This document shows, piece by piece, positions 29,027 through 39,047 of a stretch of 64,000 nucleotides of DNA (the first letter of the stretch is position 1; every line of letters starts with the position of its first letter). The stretch covers positions 35,818-99,817 of the forward strand of contig JAAYYE010000009.1 in assembly GCA_012515515.1 (NCBI GenBank). The letters run 5' to 3'. This DNA comes from Minisyncoccota bacterium (GTDB lineage: Bacteria; Patescibacteriota; Microgenomatia; UBA1400; PJMF01). Under the pieces are notes generated by a model, which did no database searches, was not told the DNA's origin, and saw nothing but the letters and a program-made list of their open reading frames with translations. Made by a program: the position numbers and the translations under genes.

Positions 29027-29677
29027 TTATTGAAATAAGCGCGGACGTCCTAGACAATAATTGATAGCAGTTTTTGGACGCTGATCAATAACTTTGGCTG
29101 GTACACCAGCTACAATTTGATAAGGCTCAACGTCTTTAGTGACAATGGCGCCAGCAGCGATCACTGCTCCTTCGCCAATAATGACACCTGGCATAATAAT
29201 CGCTCGGGGGCCAATAAAAACATAGTCACCAATGACCACTCGCTCTTCAATAGTTTTCATTTCACTTGATCGAATATCATGCTCACTAGTCCAAATCATT
29301 ACTTCTGAAGCAATATCAACATGATTGCCAATCTGCAAACCGCCTTTAGAATTGGGTAATTGTCGTCGCCCGTCTAGGCTAACACGTTCGCCAATTAAGG
29401 TGCCCTTACCAATACTAATTCCCGCTGGATAATAAATTCTGGCCATCATGTGGATGGTTGATTTGGGGCCAATTTTCATGCCTGACAGGCGGTAGAAAAA
29501 TCGTCGTAAAGTGTGGAAAGGGAGAAAACCCACACCCCACCAGAGAAAACCAGTCCAAATTTCTAGAAAAATTGTTTTAAGACGAGTTCTCACCTTACTG
29601 CAAACTTCAGCAGTAGAGAGAGCTCGTCCATTTTTATCTTGAATAGGCATAAGACTAGTATACAACAGAGCGAGCAA
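29027..29677 (-). CDS. Hexapeptide-repeat (LbH) sugar O-acetyltransferase with N-terminal membrane segment
   Basis: 216 aa. Left-handed beta-helix repeats ([35 protein letters not shown]). N-terminal hydrophobic helix. Confidence 0.7.
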   Translation of the reverse strand: MLALLYTSLMPIQDKNGRALSTAEVCSKVRTRLKTIFLEIWTGFLWWGVGFLPFHTLRRFFYRLSGMKIGPKSTIHMMARIYYPAGISIGKGTLIGERVSLDGRRQLPNSKGGLQIGNHVDIASEVMIWTSEHDIRSSEMKTIEERVVIGDYVFIGPRAIIMPGVIIGEGAVIAAGAIVTKDVEPYQIVAGVPAKVIDQRPKTAINYCLGRPRLFQ

Positions 29678-29706
29678 ATGTTGAGCCTCTGCTTGTTTTT
29701 ACTGCT

Positions 29707-30735
29707 TTATTCTTTTGGTGGTTCAATGCCGAAATATTGATAGGCTTTTTTGGCAACAATCCGCCCTTGGGGTGTGCGCCGAATAAAACCAATCTGCATT
29801 AAATAGGGTTCTAAGACTTCTTCAACGGTGCCGGCATCTTCACTAATGCTGGCAGAGAGAGTTTTTAAACCAACTGCTTTGCCGTCATGTTTTTTAATGA
29901 GGGCCATCAGTAAACGACGATCATTTTCGTCAAGACCAAGCTCATCAATTTCAAAAATTTTTAAGGCTTGTTCAACAATAGCGCTATCAATTTGTTCTTT
30001 TTCTAAAATTTGAGCAAAATCGCGGACCCTTTTTAAAAGCTTGAGGGCAATGCGCGGTGTGCCGCGAGCTCGTTTGGCTAGGGAGAGCCGAGCGGGTCGA
30101 TCAATTTTGCTGCCCAATTTTTTACTGGCAACATCAATAATTTTCTCTAATTCTTCTGGTTGATAATACTCTAAGCGATGAATAATGCCAAAACGATCAC
30201 GAAATGGCCCGGTGAGCAAGCCAAAGCGAGTGGTGGCACCAACCAGAGTAAATTTAGCCAAATCCAGCCGCACCGTTCGGGCACTGGGGCCCTTACCAAT
30301 GACAATATCTAGGGCAAAATCCTCCATGGCTGGATAGAGGGTTTCTTCAACAGCTTTGGGTAAGCGATGAATTTCATCAATAAATAAAATATCGCCATCT
30401 TCTAGGTTGGTTAAAATAGCGGCTAAATCACTGGTTTTTGACAGGGCTGTGCCAGAAGTAATACGAAAATTAACTGCCATTTCTTTGGCAATTAATTGAG
30501 CCAAAGTGGTTTTGCCCAGACCAGCTGGGCCATAAAATAACAAATGATCTAGAGCTTCTTTGCGTTGTTTAGCCGCATCGATGGCAATTTTCAAAGATTT
30601 TTTAATATTTTCTTGACCTAAAAACTCTTGCCAATCATTGGCACGCAAGGATGTAAAAAGTAATTCCTCGTCTGTAGTATTAATTAAATGTGGATCAATT
30701 TTTTGTTGACTTATGTTCTTTTTTTCTTGACTCAT
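29707..30735 (-). CDS. ruvB: Holliday junction helicase RuvB
   Basis: 342 aa. Walker A GPAGLGKTTLAQ, Walker B DILFIDEIHR, and sensor regions typical of RuvB. Confidence 0.95.
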   Translation of the reverse strand: MSQEKKNISQQKIDPHLINTTDEELLFTSLRANDWQEFLGQENIKKSLKIAIDAAKQRKEALDHLLFYGPAGLGKTTLAQLIAKEMAVNFRITSGTALSKTSDLAAILTNLEDGDILFIDEIHRLPKAVEETLYPAMEDFALDIVIGKGPSARTVRLDLAKFTLVGATTRFGLLTGPFRDRFGIIHRLEYYQPEELEKIIDVASKKLGSKIDRPARLSLAKRARGTPRIALKLLKRVRDFAQILEKEQIDSAIVEQALKIFEIDELGLDENDRRLLMALIKKHDGKAVGLKTLSASISEDAGTVEEVLEPYLMQIGFIRRTPQGRIVAKKAYQYFGIEPPKE

Positions 30736-31352
30736 ATTTTTTTTCCGCTGGCAATTTGCAAGGCTTGTTTGATGGCAATGGCTAAATCTAGATTTTCTAC
30801 GTCAATTTGCTCCAAAGCCAGATTAATACTCTGATCATCAAAACCCAAGGCCAAGAGTGCATCGTAAACATCTTGTTTTTTCGGCGAAAGAGTGGCTAGA
30901 TTTAATTCTTTGAGGCTACCTAATTTACTCTTCAATTCAATAATAATTTGTTGAGCAAGTTTCTTACCTACGCGTGGCAAGGTGGTAAAAAAGCTCAAAT
31001 TAGCCTCTTGAACGGCCTTAATTAGTTGCTCTACTCCACCATTAATTAAGCCTAAGGCAGTTTTTGGCCCAACGCCAGAAACAGTTAAAACTAGTTGAAA
31101 AAGCTCTAATTCTTTTTCTTGAGCAAAGCCATATAAATCGAGGCGATCTTCTTTGACATGAGTAAAAATATGGGCCTCGAGTTCTTCCCCAGCTAGTTCA
31201 GCCTGCGCAGCTGTTTGAGCAAAAGTGCTGGTCGTAAAAACTCGATAACCAACACCAGCACAAACAATCACTAGATAATCTTTTTTTACTGAAACTGGGC
31301 CTTTTAAATAAGCAATCATATTTTTTTTAACTTTCTGCTTGCCTGATGACAA
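30732..31352 (-). CDS. ruvA: Holliday junction DNA-binding protein RuvA
   Basis: Canonical RuvA N-terminus MIAYLKGPV at the internal Met (~31319), which would overlap the ruvC stop by 4 nt. HhH motifs (GVGPKTALGL). Confidence 0.85.
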   Translation of the reverse strand: MSSGKQKVKKNMIAYLKGPVSVKKDYLVIVCAGVGYRVFTTSTFAQTAAQAELAGEELEAHIFTHVKEDRLDLYGFAQEKELELFQLVLTVSGVGPKTALGLINGGVEQLIKAVQEANLSFFTTLPRVGKKLAQQIIIELKSKLGSLKELNLATLSPKKQDVYDALLALGFDDQSINLALEQIDVENLDLAIAIKQALQIASGKKI

Positions 31353-31816
31353 ATGACCAGAGCGAGCGCGTCAAAAGTATCATCTATGATATTTTTTGCT
31401 TCGTTTTGATCAATTGCTAACTCTAATCTTACCATCTTTTCTACCGCTTTTTTATCGGCTCGTCCATAGCCAGTTATGGCTTGTTTGATTTGCAGTGGCG
31501 TGTATTGGCTAATTTTTATGCCTGCGTCAAGTAAATTGGCAATAATTAAACCACGAGCTTCACTGACTTTCATGGCACTGCTTTGATTTTTAAACCAAAA
31601 CAAGGTTTCAACAGCCGCTTCTTGAGGTTGGTAGCGCTGAATAATGGCACTTAAGTCGTCTAAAATTTGCTGAAATCGCTGCTCAATTTCTTCTTGTCGA
31701 TCGGTGACAATACAACCTTGATCAAAAATATGCCAAGCGCCAGGGTTTTTTTGAGCCACTGCCCAACCGAGGCGGTCGTAACCTGGATCAATGCCGATGA
31801 TAATGGGATTAGTCAT
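31316..31816 (-). CDS. ruvC: Holliday junction resolvase RuvC
   Basis: 166 aa. IIGIDPGYDRLGWAV catalytic N-terminus of the RNase H-like RuvC fold. Confidence 0.85.
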   Translation of the reverse strand: MTNPIIIGIDPGYDRLGWAVAQKNPGAWHIFDQGCIVTDRQEEIEQRFQQILDDLSAIIQRYQPQEAAVETLFWFKNQSSAMKVSEARGLIIANLLDAGIKISQYTPLQIKQAITGYGRADKKAVEKMVRLELAIDQNEAKNIIDDTFDALALVICHQASRKLKKI

Positions 31817-31818
31817 GA

Positions 31819-33000
31819 CTATTCCTGATAAATTTTCCTCAGTTCACGCAGAATAATTTTGGCTGACTTTTGCCAATTAAATTGCTTAATGGCTAATTGT
31901 TTTTGTTTTAATAGTTGTTGATAACGACTTGGCTTTAATTGACTAAATTCCAACATTTTTTGAGCGATTTCTTGGTGATTTTGTGGGTCAACGGTGAAAT
32001 TGGCATCATGAAACAGCTCGGTCAAACTGGAATTGTTGGCCAGGATAGGCAGACAACCTGCTTCAATAGATTCTAGCGGTGGAATACCAAAACCTTCATA
32101 TAAAGAGAGTAAAAAACTTAATTTTGCTTGCTGATAGAGGGCTTTTTTAAAATTATCTGGCACAAAACCAGTGATAATTATTTTATCTTTAAAAGCAAAA
32201 TTTTTGATTCTATCTAATAAATCATCACTCAGCCAACCTATTTTGCCAGCAATGACTAGCTGAGGTGCCCGAGCTAGAGTGCGATCTTTAGCCTCTTTGC
32301 TAGTCGCCAACAAGTTCATCAAGAAAATATCGTAAGCCTTGACTAATGACACAATGTTTTTGCGAGGCTGCAAGGTGCCCAGATATAAAAAATAGCCTCG
32401 ATGGATATTGTGTTTTTTGAAAAATTGCCTAATAGCTGGCTGTTTAGCGCTTTTAGCAAAATTAGTAGCGGGCGGAGCAACAATAATATCTGTGGCTTCT
32501 CGGCCATAATACTTGACAATTTCTCTCTTAGAAAATTGACTGATCGTAAGGACTTTTCTTGCTTTTTTGACGCTATATTTTGTCCAAGATTGAAGTTGTA
32601 GTAAATCTTCGGGGCGAAACTGGTCGGGAAAGTGTAGATAGGCCAAATCCATGACGCTACTCACATAAGGAATTGGGCAAAAACGAGGTGCATAATGACC
32701 AGGAGTAAAGAAAAGATCATATTCATCTCGGTGTAAAAGTAAATGAATGGGTAGTGCCCATTGAGTCCAGAGCTTACTAGGCTGAACATAAACATAACGC
32801 CAATTTTTGCGGGCTTTAGGCAAGTCAGCAACTTTGGGATGAGCTAATAAAATAGTGATTTGCCAATGATGACTATTTTTGCAAAGTCGGTGTAGCTGAT
32901 CAATGATTTTCCAGGCATAAACATTAGAACCAACTCGATTTTTAACATTAGCCTCATTACCATCAATCGCTAGATGAATAATTTGTTTTTTTTGACTCAT
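31819..33000 (-). CDS. Glycosyltransferase, GT4 family
   Basis: 393 aa. C-terminal LSLYEGFGIPPLESIEAGCLPI motif. Confidence 0.8.
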   Translation of the reverse strand: MSQKKQIIHLAIDGNEANVKNRVGSNVYAWKIIDQLHRLCKNSHHWQITILLAHPKVADLPKARKNWRYVYVQPSKLWTQWALPIHLLLHRDEYDLFFTPGHYAPRFCPIPYVSSVMDLAYLHFPDQFRPEDLLQLQSWTKYSVKKARKVLTISQFSKREIVKYYGREATDIIVAPPATNFAKSAKQPAIRQFFKKHNIHRGYFLYLGTLQPRKNIVSLVKAYDIFLMNLLATSKEAKDRTLARAPQLVIAGKIGWLSDDLLDRIKNFAFKDKIIITGFVPDNFKKALYQQAKLSFLLSLYEGFGIPPLESIEAGCLPILANNSSLTELFHDANFTVDPQNHQEIAQKMLEFSQLKPSRYQQLLKQKQLAIKQFNWQKSAKIILRELRKIYQE

Positions 33001-34211
33001 TTACCCTGTTCTAAGGCTTTTCGATAGACCTCGGTAGTTAGACGGGCAGTTCTTGTCCAATTAAAAAGTTGCAGACGAATAATCATTTGTTGCATGCGGA
33101 TACTAGCAGCCTTCTTCTCTTCGGCTAATAAGAATTCTAAGCCGGCGCGGATGTCCTCAATGCTGTTGGGATTGACTAAGTGGGCAGCATTGCCCGCTAA
33201 TTCCTTAATTACTGGCAAATTACTACTTAAAACTGGTAAGCCATGAGAAAAAGCTTCAAGGATGGGTAAACCAAAGCCTTCATCTAAGCTGGGATAAGCC
33301 AATAATTCTGCATAATGATAAAGAGCGGCCAATTGTAGATCACTAACTTGGCCTAAAAAGTGCAGGTGTTGATGGCGAAACTGAGCGCTGCTGTCCCAGG
33401 CTTTTTCACCTGCCACAATTAATGAAACATCATTGGCTAAAGGCGCCCAAGCCTTAATTAGCCGTTCCAGATTTTTGCGAGGTTCACGGCTGCCAACAAA
33501 AAGAATATATGGCCGTTGCAGATTTAATGCATTTTTGAGGCGGACACGTAATTCAACATTATTAGCTAATCGATCGCTAGCCTGTTTAACTTCTCGAGGT
33601 AAAGCTTCATAAGTAACGGTAATTCGTTGAGGAGGAATTTGCAATAAGCGAACAATATCTCTTTTACTAGCTTCAGAGACTGTGATAATTTGGGCTTGAC
33701 GGCGTTTAAGAACTTCCCAAGAGCGTTGATGAGCCGCTAAAATTTTTGGATGAGCGGTTGCTGGATATTTTAAAATGGCTAAATCATGAATGGTAGAAAC
33801 TAGGGGTAAATTTTTATCGGGAGGTTGCAACCAATCCCAGCTATGAAAAACTTCGACTTGGGGCATGGTTTTTTTAAGTGGATGAAGCCCCCAAGCCCAC
33901 AATTTTGCCAGCAAGCGCGGAGGAATTTTACCCAGAAAAAGATCATATTTATCTGGTAAAACACTTTTTAGCTTGGTGTCTAGGGTTTTTTCTAATTGAC
34001 GATAGGCACGCAGGGAATTGCCATAAAGCAATAATTCAATGTCGCGCAACTCGAGTAAAGAGAGCATTAAATTGCTCGTATATCGAGAAACACCTCGCCG
34101 ATAAATTAAACTACTGACATCGAGACCCACCTTCATATGCGGTAATACTTTCTTTGCTATACATTCTAACAAAACCAATATTAGGATAATCAATAAGGCC
34201 AATTTCTGCAA
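32997..34211 (-). CDS. Glycosyltransferase, GT4 family
   Basis: 404 aa. SLDEGFGLPILEAFSHGLPVL motif. The true start is probably internal (MKVGLDVSSL, ~34136). Confidence 0.8.
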   Translation of the reverse strand: MQKLALLIILILVLLECIAKKVLPHMKVGLDVSSLIYRRGVSRYTSNLMLSLLELRDIELLLYGNSLRAYRQLEKTLDTKLKSVLPDKYDLFLGKIPPRLLAKLWAWGLHPLKKTMPQVEVFHSWDWLQPPDKNLPLVSTIHDLAILKYPATAHPKILAAHQRSWEVLKRRQAQIITVSEASKRDIVRLLQIPPQRITVTYEALPREVKQASDRLANNVELRVRLKNALNLQRPYILFVGSREPRKNLERLIKAWAPLANDVSLIVAGEKAWDSSAQFRHQHLHFLGQVSDLQLAALYHYAELLAYPSLDEGFGLPILEAFSHGLPVLSSNLPVIKELAGNAAHLVNPNSIEDIRAGLEFLLAEEKKAASIRMQQMIIRLQLFNWTRTARLTTEVYRKALEQGK

Positions 34212-35790
34212 AAGCTAAATCTTTAATTAAAGCCGGCAGTTGATCTTGAGGATCAGTTAAATCTCGCAAATAATCAAAGAGCAAAACATAATCGTAGTCG
34301 CTGATGACTTTAATTTTGTTGGCTAAATCAGTTTCTGCAGGCAAATAAAAGCTTTGCGTAGCAAAAGTAGGGAATTTATTTTCTGTGTAATAGGCAAAGG
34401 GAGCAAAAGGCGCGCTAAAAGAAAAGACAGCCACAGCGTTTTGTGAGGGAAAGTTATATTCGATTTGCTGAACAAGTCCTCGCCAGTTTTCTCTTTGTAA
34501 AGATGGCTTGTACCAATAAGTAATTAAAGCATAAAAATGAATGGCAAAAAGAGAAATTAAGAGTAAAAGTGCCAAAGATTGATGTTTTTTTTGAGCATAA
34601 AGAACGGCTTGGCTGATTAAAATAAAGAAGGCGGGCATGAGGAAAAGCACGCGTTTAGGTTGTAAGAGTGGAATAAAAAAGGAAAATAGCCACATTATTA
34701 GTAAAGGCGCTAGAAAAAAGTAAATAAAGAAAATTAAGCTCTGCTTGGTGCTTTTGAGTTTTCGTTGCTGAAAAAGTAAATAAGCAAGTAGACCAAAAAT
34801 AAGCAGAGCTGTGGCCACAAAAAAGACATTGACTTCTAAATCTAGTAAACCATAGATAAATTTAAGCGGCACAAAAAGCAAGCTTTTTAATTGGGGTAAA
34901 CTGACCACCTCTGCCCAACCAGGCATCTGCTGGCGTAGGGCTTGGCCAACGCGAACTTGTTCTAGTAGCTTGGGCAACCAAGGTAAAAAGCCCAAGACAA
35001 TGGGAGTGACAATTAGTAATAATTTTTTAAAATCAATTTTTTTGACGAAAAAGAGGTGGGCCAATTGAGCCAGTAAAAAAAATGGATAAAGATAGCTGGA
35101 ATAGAGGCCGAGAAGATTAAAGATAATAAAAGCTAGAGTGTGCTTATTAAAGATTTTTACGGTGCTGGTGGTATTGGCTTGGGCGCTGTTGGCTGCTTTG
35201 CTTGCAGCGCTGCTCTTTGCTTTGGCAGCGGACTTTAAACTAGGCAAAGTATTTTCTTGACTCAAATCTAACAAGCTCAATAAACTCAAACAGCCCCACA
35301 TCATGGCTAAGCTATAAGGGCGCAATTCTTGGGAAAAATAAATATGTAGGGGTGAAGTAGCAAGTAAAAGAGCTGAAAAAAAAGCTAGAGCATGTTTTTT
35401 GCTGGTCTTAGCAGCATTAGTTTTAGCAGCACTGGTATTGGTAGCACTTGATTTGGTTTTTGGCCAAAATTTTAAGGCAATCTGGTAAGTAGCCCAAACG
35501 CTAACTAAGCCAGGGATGACGCTGGGCAATAATCTAACTAGAGCCTCACTGCGCTCTAGGCCAAATAAACCTAGAAACTTTAGCCAAAAAAAAGTGAGCA
35601 AGTGCATTAAAGGTGGCTGAAAATCGCCAGCGATCTGTAATTGCTCGGCTAGTGGTCGAGCGCTTTCTAAAACTTGGGCGGCTTCATCAAGCCAAAATGA
35701 ATCATTAAGTCTAATAAGACGCAAAATAAAAGCCAAAACTAAGATTAGAGTCATAAGCCCCATTATGCCGATTTTCCTTCCCTCTGACAA
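34111..35790 (-). CDS. GT-C-type membrane glycosyltransferase (GT39-like) with Ala/Ser/Thr/Lys-rich loops
   Basis: 559 aa, multi-TM. Canonical first-loop FWLDEAAQV motif of GT-C enzymes. Two low-complexity A/S/T/K loops. Confidence 0.65.
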   Translation of the reverse strand: MSEGRKIGIMGLMTLILVLAFILRLIRLNDSFWLDEAAQVLESARPLAEQLQIAGDFQPPLMHLLTFFWLKFLGLFGLERSEALVRLLPSVIPGLVSVWATYQIALKFWPKTKSSATNTSAAKTNAAKTSKKHALAFFSALLLATSPLHIYFSQELRPYSLAMMWGCLSLLSLLDLSQENTLPSLKSAAKAKSSAASKAANSAQANTTSTVKIFNKHTLAFIIFNLLGLYSSYLYPFFLLAQLAHLFFVKKIDFKKLLLIVTPIVLGFLPWLPKLLEQVRVGQALRQQMPGWAEVVSLPQLKSLLFVPLKFIYGLLDLEVNVFFVATALLIFGLLAYLLFQQRKLKSTKQSLIFFIYFFLAPLLIMWLFSFFIPLLQPKRVLFLMPAFFILISQAVLYAQKKHQSLALLLLISLFAIHFYALITYWYKPSLQRENWRGLVQQIEYNFPSQNAVAVFSFSAPFAPFAYYTENKFPTFATQSFYLPAETDLANKIKVISDYDYVLLFDYLRDLTDPQDQLPALIKDLAFAEIGLIDYPNIGFVRMYSKESITAYEGGSRCQ

Positions 35791-35813
35791 GCGAAATTTG
35801 CTAGAATAAAGGC

Positions 35814-36860
35814 ATGTCAGATATTATTGATAAACATTATTTAACAAACAAAACGGTGGTAATTACTGGTGCTGGAGGATTTATTGGTTCTCACCTGGTC
35901 GATAGATGCCTACATTTTGGCGCAGTAGTGATTGGGGTAGATAATTTTATTACAGGTCGGCGCGTAAACTTGCGTCATTTAGCAGATAATCCCAATTTTT
36001 ATTTAATTGAAGCAGATGTGAGCAAGCCTAGCGAAGATTATTTAAGTTTAGCCATCGATCAGCTGCTCATTGAGCGACCAGAAGTGGCAAAAATTGATCT
36101 CATCTACCATTTAGCCTCGCCCGCCTCTCCTCCAGCCTATCAAAAAGAGCCGATTGCCACCTATTTGGTTAATTCTCTAGGCACCCACAATTTGTTGACA
36201 TATTTACAAGCTAATTATCCCCAAGCACGCATGGTTTATGCCAGCACTAGTGAGGTTTATGGTGATCCACAAATTCATCCACAAACTGAGGATTATTGGG
36301 GAAATGTTAATCCTAATGGAGCGCGCTCCTGCTATGACGAGGGTAAGCGCTTGGGTGAAACAATTTGTGGGGTTTTTCATCGCCTCTACCAAGTTGATGT
36401 GCGCATTGCCAGAATTTTTAATACTTATGGCCCGAGAATGCGCCCCGATGATGGCCGCATTTTGCCGAATTTTATTAATCAAGCGCTGAAAAAAGAAGCT
36501 TTAACGGTCTATGGCGATGGCAAGCAAACGCGCTCTTACTGCTATGTCAGTGATTTAGTTGAGGGTTTAATTAATTTAGGCAGCAAAGATGATTTGGCTG
36601 GTGTGACCGTCAATTTAGGTAATCCAGATGAATATACCGTGCTGCAAACAGCCCTCTTGGTGCAAAAAATTATCAATGAAGAAATTACCAAAGGTGATGT
36701 GATTTTTAAAGAATTGCCACTTGATGATCCAAGCCGCCGCCAACCAGACATTAGCAAAGCCCAAGAATTGCTTGATTGGCAGGCAAAAATTGAATTTCGT
36801 GATGGTTTAGCCAAAACAATTGAGTATTTTGGCAGTGAAGAAGCACAAATTTTAGAGTAA
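35814..36860 (+). CDS. UDP-glucuronate decarboxylase (UDP-xylose synthase, SDR family)
   Basis: 348 aa. Rossmann GAGGFIGSH, and the CYDEGKR signature shared by UXS/ArnA decarboxylases. Confidence 0.75.
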   Translation: MSDIIDKHYLTNKTVVITGAGGFIGSHLVDRCLHFGAVVIGVDNFITGRRVNLRHLADNPNFYLIEADVSKPSEDYLSLAIDQLLIERPEVAKIDLIYHLASPASPPAYQKEPIATYLVNSLGTHNLLTYLQANYPQARMVYASTSEVYGDPQIHPQTEDYWGNVNPNGARSCYDEGKRLGETICGVFHRLYQVDVRIARIFNTYGPRMRPDDGRILPNFINQALKKEALTVYGDGKQTRSYCYVSDLVEGLINLGSKDDLAGVTVNLGNPDEYTVLQTALLVQKIINEEITKGDVIFKELPLDDPSRRQPDISKAQELLDWQAKIEFRDGLAKTIEYFGSEEAQILE

Positions 36861-36870
36861 ATAAGGGAGC

Positions 36871-38124
36871 ATGAAGCCACTTATAAAACTTTTTCAGTCT
36901 ACTGCCGGTCGACAATCCTTAATGACCACCGTTGCCAATTTTTTAGCGGCTGGCTTGATGGCAGTGGCGATGATTATCCTTGGTCGAAGGATGGGGCCAG
37001 TTGATTTTGGCACTTTTTCAGTGGGCGTGTCTTTGATGTTGATTTTTCATCAAGTCATTAATGTCGGTTTTAGTCAATTAATCCCCCGTTTTGTGGGTAA
37101 TTGGTATCAAGAGCCACAAAAACAAAAAGCCTTTTTAGCCCACGTTTTATTTTGGCAAGGCTTATTAGCTTTGATCTTGCTGATAGTAGTTGGGTTATTT
37201 TTGCCAAATCTGGCAAAAATATTAAATTATCCCCATTCAACAATGATTTTACTAAGTGCCTTAGGTGCGGTTTTCTTCGCTTTTTATAGTTATTTATTTA
37301 ATTTATTTATTGCCAAACAAGAATTTGCCAAAGCAGGTTTAATCAATATTTTACAAGCGACCTTTAAATTATTAGCTTTTCTAGCCATCATTTTTGCTTG
37401 GCAGAGCAATTTATTAGCCATTAGTAGCAGTTATTATTTAGCTTTACTGCTGGCTGGCTTAGTGCTGTGGGCTGTGAGCAAAGAGCAGTTATTTTTTAAA
37501 CCCAAAGCCCTGACAGGAAAATTAGCTAAACAGGTGAATCGCTTTTGGCTGCACAGCGCGATTGCCGCCATCAGTCTTGTTTTAATTGATAATTTAGATT
37601 TAGTGCTGGTGCAACAATCTTTGGGAGAGCACGCGGCTGGGCTTTATAGCGGAGCGATGAAAGTTGCCATGTTTTTAAGCATCATTGGCGCATCGCTTGA
37701 ATCAGTGCTGAATAGTCGCGTTGCCAGATACAAGGATAAAGCAGTACTCAAACAATTTCTTAAAAAAAGCCAAATCTTAATTATTTTAAGTTTAGTCTTG
37801 TTGCTCGCTGTTTTACCATTGAGCAAATATTTAATCATTTTTACTCTGGGAGCTGATTATTTAGCGGCTGACAGCATCTTGCGCTTATTACTGGTCAATG
37901 TTTTTTTGCTAATCCCCGTTTTACCCTTAACTGCCGTTTTTTATGCCATCGATCGACCTGGCTATTTTTCGACAACAGGTTTAATGCGTATCGTGATTAT
38001 TTTTGCTTTAAGCATTTGGCTCTTGCCTAAATTTGGTGCTGAAGCTGTGGCAGCCAGTAGAATCGTGGCAACGCTAGCAGTCTTGTTTTATAGTCTGGTG
38101 GTGGTGAGGAAGGAGATGAAATAA
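36871..38124 (+). CDS. Wzx-like polysaccharide flippase (MOP superfamily)
   Basis: 417 aa, ~12 TM. Polysaccharide-biosynthesis-protein architecture. Confidence 0.6.
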   Translation: MKPLIKLFQSTAGRQSLMTTVANFLAAGLMAVAMIILGRRMGPVDFGTFSVGVSLMLIFHQVINVGFSQLIPRFVGNWYQEPQKQKAFLAHVLFWQGLLALILLIVVGLFLPNLAKILNYPHSTMILLSALGAVFFAFYSYLFNLFIAKQEFAKAGLINILQATFKLLAFLAIIFAWQSNLLAISSSYYLALLLAGLVLWAVSKEQLFFKPKALTGKLAKQVNRFWLHSAIAAISLVLIDNLDLVLVQQSLGEHAAGLYSGAMKVAMFLSIIGASLESVLNSRVARYKDKAVLKQFLKKSQILIILSLVLLLAVLPLSKYLIIFTLGADYLAADSILRLLLVNVFLLIPVLPLTAVFYAIDRPGYFSTTGLMRIVIIFALSIWLLPKFGAEAVAASRIVATLAVLFYSLVVVRKEMK

Positions 38125-38127
38125 GCT

Positions 38128-39033
38128 ATGCCATACTTAGCCAGCATCATCATCCCCACCCTGCTGAGCAACGAGCAATACTTGGCTAATTGTTTGTTAT
38201 CGCTTAATCAATCTGCACTGGGCAAGCATTTTTCAGCAAAAAAAATTCAAGTGCTTGTTGTTTTTAATACTGATCGTCAGCAATTTGCCAAAGCCCAAGC
38301 AGAGCTCAAAAATATGCTCAACAAGACAAGTGCAAATCAACAATTTACCATCGATTACTTGTGCTTGGAGCAAAACTTGGGTTTTACTGGAGCGGTCAAT
38401 GCAGGCATTGAGCAAGCCAAGAGCCAACATATTATTTTACTGAATGATGACACTGAAGTTGATAAAAACTGGCTTAAAGAATTGCTTTTGAAACAAGAAG
38501 TTACTGGAGCTGAGATGGTGGCAAGTAAAATTTATCTCAGTGATAAAAAAACTCTTGATTCTCAAGGTTTTGCTTTTGCCTGGCGAGGCAAAGCCGAAGC
38601 ATTGGATGAAAACTTAAAATGCTCGCTGAGTGATAAAAAAGATTATTGGTCAAATAATCCAGATTTATTACCCAAGAACAAGCTGCAAGAACCCTTTGGC
38701 CCAGATGCCGCAGCAGCCTTGTATACAAAAAATCTGTTTGAGAAAGTCGGCTTACTGGAAAGTGATTTTTTTGCCTATTTAGAAGATGTAGATTTAGCCC
38801 TGCGAGCTAGACAAGCAGGTATGAGCTGCGTATTGGCAGAAAAAGCGGTGGTTTATCATCATAAACATGCCACAACAAGCAAACAGCAAAAAAGCTTTAA
38901 GAATAAACAAGATTTACAAAATTGGTGGAAAATCATCATGAGAAGGTATAATTTTAAGATATGGAAAAAATTTGCTGGCCTCATTCTTATAGAAAGAGGG
39001 AGAAATTTAAAGGGATATTTAAACAGTTTGTAG
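38128..39033 (+). CDS. Glycosyltransferase, GT2 family
   Basis: 301 aa. IIPTLLSNE..., LLNDDTEVD DxD region. Confidence 0.75.
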   Translation: MPYLASIIIPTLLSNEQYLANCLLSLNQSALGKHFSAKKIQVLVVFNTDRQQFAKAQAELKNMLNKTSANQQFTIDYLCLEQNLGFTGAVNAGIEQAKSQHIILLNDDTEVDKNWLKELLLKQEVTGAEMVASKIYLSDKKTLDSQGFAFAWRGKAEALDENLKCSLSDKKDYWSNNPDLLPKNKLQEPFGPDAAAALYTKNLFEKVGLLESDFFAYLEDVDLALRARQAGMSCVLAEKAVVYHHKHATTSKQQKSFKNKQDLQNWWKIIMRRYNFKIWKKFAGLILIERGRNLKGYLNSL

Positions 39034-39047
39034 TAAGATAAAAATAT

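Noticed and set aside
29640-29706. Terminator between ruvB and the acetyltransferase gene
   Set aside because: No clean stem followed by a T-tract on the minus strand could be drawn; only partial complementarity.
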